Shown: positions 60,613 to 64,000 of the stretch, one piece after another
Layout: every line of letters begins with the position of its first letter
Position numbering within the stretch: the first letter of the stretch is position 1
Assembly (NCBI GenBank): GCA_963841435.1
Contig: CAWJCS010000004.1
Location: 32,001-96,000, forward strand
Direction of reading: 5' to 3'
Length of the DNA stretch: 64,000 nt
From: an uncultured delta proteobacterium
GTDB taxonomy: Bacteria; Myxococcota_A; Polyangia; Polyangiales; Polyangiaceae
The notes under the pieces: model-generated
What the model was told of the DNA's origin: nothing
The model's input: the letters and a program-made list of their open reading frames with translations, nothing else
The model's database searches: none
Program-made: the position numbers and the translations under genes

Positions 60613-61938
60613 GTGCCATACTCCGCCGAGTTTCGCTGCTTCAACGGCTGCGAGGGCTCCTACCCCGTCACGCAGCCCATCTACCGCTGCCCCAAGTGCG
60701 ATGGCCTGCTGCAGGTCGTGCACGACGTGGAGGCGCTGCGCGACCGGGCCGGCCCCGTGTGGATGCGGCTGTTCGACGAGCGCTACCGCCAGAACGCGTG
60801 GCCCTACGGGTCGGGCGTCTGGGGCAAGCGCGAATGGGTGATGCCCCAGATCCCCGACGAGACCATCGTCAGCATGTACGAGGGCGCGACGAACCTGTTC
60901 TGGGCCGATCGCTACGGAAAGACCCTCGGGCTCGAGGAGCTCTGGGTCAAGCTCTGCGGCAACAGCCACAGCGGCTCTTTCAAGGATCTCGGCATGACCG
61001 TGCTGGTGAGCGTCGTGCGCCAGGCGATCCAGCAAGGCCTGAAAGTGAAAGCGATCGCCTGCGCCTCCACGGGCGACACCAGCGCGTCGCTCGCCGCCTA
61101 CGGCGCTGCCGCCGGCCTACCCGTCGTCGTGCTCCTGCCGCACGGCAAGATCTCCACGGCGCAGCTCGTGCAGCCGCTCGCGCACGGTGCGCTCGTGCTC
61201 GGGCTCGATACGGACTTCGACGGCTGCATGGCGATCGTCCAGCGGCTGGCCGCCGAGGGCATGGTCTATCTCGCGAACTCGATGAATCCGCTACGGCTCG
61301 AGGGCCAAAAGACCGTCGCCGTGGAGATCGTGCAGCAGTTCGACTGGCAGGTGCCCGACTGGGTGATCCTGCCGAGCGGCAATCTCGGCAACGCGTCCGC
61401 CCTGTACGCGGGATTCAAGCTCATGAAGGACCTCGGCGTGATCACGCGCTTCCCGCGCCTCGCCGTGGCGCAGGCGGAAAACGCCAACCCACTTTATCGC
61501 GCCTGGAGCGCGGGCAAGCGCACCGTTGACCCCATCCAGGCGAAGAGCACGCTCGCCACGGCCATCCAGATCGGCAATCCCGTGAGCGCTCCGCGCGCCA
61601 TCCAGGCGCTCGAAGCCATGAACGGCATCGTCGAGCAAGCGAGCGAGGAGGAGCTCTGCGAGGCGGCGGCGCGGGCCGACCGCACCGGCATGTACACCTG
61701 TCCGCACACCGCGGTCGGGCTCGCGGTGCTCGAGAAGCTGGTGTCGCGCGGAACGATCCAGCGCGGCGAGCGCGTCGTGTGCGTTTCCACCGCCGCCGGT
61801 CTCAAGTTCACCGAGTTCAAGGTGCGCTACCACGAGCGTGCCATCGAGGGCGTCTCGGCGAGCCTCGCGAACCCGCCCGTCAAGCTCCAGCCGAACTACG
61901 GCAACGTTGTCGACGCCATCAACCACCGCTTTTCCTGA
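60613..61938 (+). CDS. thrC: Threonine synthase
   Basis: [11 protein letters not shown] (PLP Lys), [31 protein letters not shown] and AIQIGNPVS motifs. Confidence 0.96.
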   Translation: MPYSAEFRCFNGCEGSYPVTQPIYRCPKCDGLLQVVHDVEALRDRAGPVWMRLFDERYRQNAWPYGSGVWGKREWVMPQIPDETIVSMYEGATNLFWADRYGKTLGLEELWVKLCGNSHSGSFKDLGMTVLVSVVRQAIQQGLKVKAIACASTGDTSASLAAYGAAAGLPVVVLLPHGKISTAQLVQPLAHGALVLGLDTDFDGCMAIVQRLAAEGMVYLANSMNPLRLEGQKTVAVEIVQQFDWQVPDWVILPSGNLGNASALYAGFKLMKDLGVITRFPRLAVAQAENANPLYRAWSAGKRTVDPIQAKSTLATAIQIGNPVSAPRAIQALEAMNGIVEQASEEELCEAAARADRTGMYTCPHTAVGLAVLEKLVSRGTIQRGERVVCVSTAAGLKFTEFKVRYHERAIEGVSASLANPPVKLQPNYGNVVDAINHRFS

Positions 61939-61986
61939 GCTCTAGCGGCGCCGGGCGCACCTTTTGCGCTCGCCACGCTGCCGCCG

Positions 61987-64000
61987 TCAGGGCGCGCTCT
62001 CGAACGTCGCGCCCAAACACGCCGTGTAGAGCACGGCGCCGTTCGCGGGAACGCCCTCGCCCATGTAGCGCAGCATGCGTCGCTCGGAGGGCTGACAGCC
62101 GCTGACGAGCGATGCCGAGCCGATGCCCAGCTCGGGATCGACGTAGCAGTAGCCGTACAGGTTCGGGTCCTCCGAGCCGGACTGGCAGGCTCGTTGCGCG
62201 CTGCCCGTGAGTGCCGCGAGCTTGCAGAAGCAGAAATCGTGACAATCGATGCCGGTCGAGCCGCCGCATTGATCCGTGGCCGCCAGCTGCGCGAGCACGG
62301 CGCTCGGCAGCTTCGCGTCGCCAGCGCCCAGGGTCTCGCGTCCGTGGCTCGCATCGCAGCTGCAGGCAGCGCCGTTCTTGCGCGTGGCCTCCACGACGGC
62401 GCAGGGCACCTGACCGAAATCGGCAGCGTTTGCGTCGCGCTCGACGGGCAGCTGGCGTGGGAGGCACTGGCCGCCGAAGCGCTCGGTGAAGACCTCGAGA
62501 ATGGCCTGGACCGCGGGGTTGTAACCGTAGGAGGGGTCCGCCGCGGGCGCGAGGCCGGCGGCCGGGGCCGTGTGCTTGGGACAAATGCTCGCGACGATGG
62601 CGTTTTCCCCGATGCCGCGCAGGACCTCGAGCTCGCGGACCGCCGGGTACGCCTTGGCCGCGACCTGTATGCCGTCGCCGCCCGAGGCTCCCGCGTAATC
62701 GCAGAGCGGACGATTGTTGGACTGCTCGTCGGCGTTGCAATCGCAGCTCGCCTCGTTCTGAGCGGTGCAGCGTCGTGGCTCGGGCAGATCGAACGTGCAG
62801 GCGTACTGCAGGTCGTCGCCGTGTGCGATGTTCTGTTCGTGGCCGTTGATGGGATTGGCATGGCGATCCGTTCGACGTGGCTGGCGCGAGCGGCACGTGA
62901 AGCAGCGGGTGGTCACCGCTTCTCGGTGCGAACGACTCGCGCATCAGCGGGTCGCTCGGTTGTCCGCCGTCCTTTGCGCCGAGCACGACGTCCCAGCGGC
63001 CGTTCATCTCGAGCTCGCCGGCGGTCATGAACTCGAGCCCGGCGCCGTCCCAGCTCGCCGGGGTGGAGATGTCCTGCCAGGGAACGCCGACGATCCCGGC
63101 AAGCAGGACGTGGCTCGCGTCGCGCGGCGGCGTGCCCGGCGGCGCGGCGAACAGGGGGTTCGGGACGAGCTCGCCCCTGCGGTTCGGGACCTCTTTCTTC
63201 GTCAGCCCGTCGACGTAGCGCTGCACCGGGTAGAGCAAATCGAGCCCGAAGCGCCGGCGCTGGTCGAAGCAGCGCGCGTTCGGCTGATCCTCGTCGATGC
63301 CGAGCTTCGCGTAGTCGTCGGTGGGCTCCTTCTTCGAGCACTCCGCGTCGGCCTCGTTCGGCACGCAACCCGCGGGCGCGGGCGCGGCGCAGCTGTGGCA
63401 GCAGCGGTCATCGGGGTTCTGGCAGGCCGACGACGCACGGGGTAGCCGGGTTGCTAGCGTCGTGGCGAGCCACCCCTGCGAACCGTCCTCGTCGGTGATG
63501 GAGCAGTCGTTTTCGTCCGTGAGCATCACGATCGCGACCAGCGAGTCCGGCCGCAAGAAGGCGTGTCGCTGCGCGAGGATGGTTTCGTTCACGGGACCCT
63601 TGGTCGTCACGATGGCGTGCGCGTTCGTAGCGAGGGCGGACGACACGGAGAGTGGCGGCTCGGGGTCCACGAGGAAGCGGTACCAGGCTTCGAGCTGGCC
63701 CTCGAAGCCGCAGCCGAGCTCGCCCGTCGCGATCACCTGATCGGAAAAGTCGCCGATCAGCGTGCCGAGGTTCGCCTCGCCGGGAGGCGAGTTCTTGTCC
63801 TCTCCCGGGTCCCAGGCGAGAAATCCACTGCCGTTCCAGGAGGGCAGGGGGCCGCGCACCGCGGGATTCGCCGTCGGCAGGAGCTCGGCGCGGTCGTCGG
63901 CCGTGCGCGAGGCCGTGCCGCTGTCCTTCTGTGCGTCGCACTCCACGCCGCCGTGCGCGCCGAGGCTCGACGTGATGACGCCGACGTGGATGTCCTTGAC
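61987..64000 (-). CDS. Large Cys-rich myxobacterial exported protein (VWA-like core), partial and frameshifted
   Basis: HVGVITSSLG, GCGFEGQLEAWYRFL and FLRPDSLVAIVMLTDENDCS. One extra base near 62870 joins it to the 61987-62916 ORF. The 5' end lies beyond the window. Confidence 0.8.

Overview
High-GC, gene-dense chromosomal segment with a myxobacterial (Polyangiaceae/Sorangiineae-like) gene repertoire; the taxonomy is inferred from gene content only. It holds about 52 CDS. These include housekeeping genes (ruvB, ftsH, glyQS, rplS, rlmE, thrC, a thiolase, pilT), signalling genes (two tandem histidine kinases, three FHA-domain proteins, a Ser/Thr kinase-FGE fusion, an ECF42-type sigma with its DGPF partner), two L,D-transpeptidases, GH74 and GH43 glycosidases, many lipoproteins, and a DUF692 (MNIO)/DUF2063 RiPP-type operon with a lipid-anchored Cys-motif precursor. 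The standout feature is a ~1.7 kb interval (16354-18059) with no credible CDS. On the minus strand it is bounded by a sigma70-like promoter (TTGAAT-17-TAGATT) and an intrinsic terminator. It is packed with GNRA/UNCG/CUUG-capped hairpins and perfect long-range helices, some mutually crossing, making it a candidate giant structured non-coding RNA that I cannot assign to a known class. At least seven genes, including the essential glyQS, carry single-base frameshifts that are most likely sequencing or assembly errors. I saw no rRNA, tRNA, CRISPR array or transposase.
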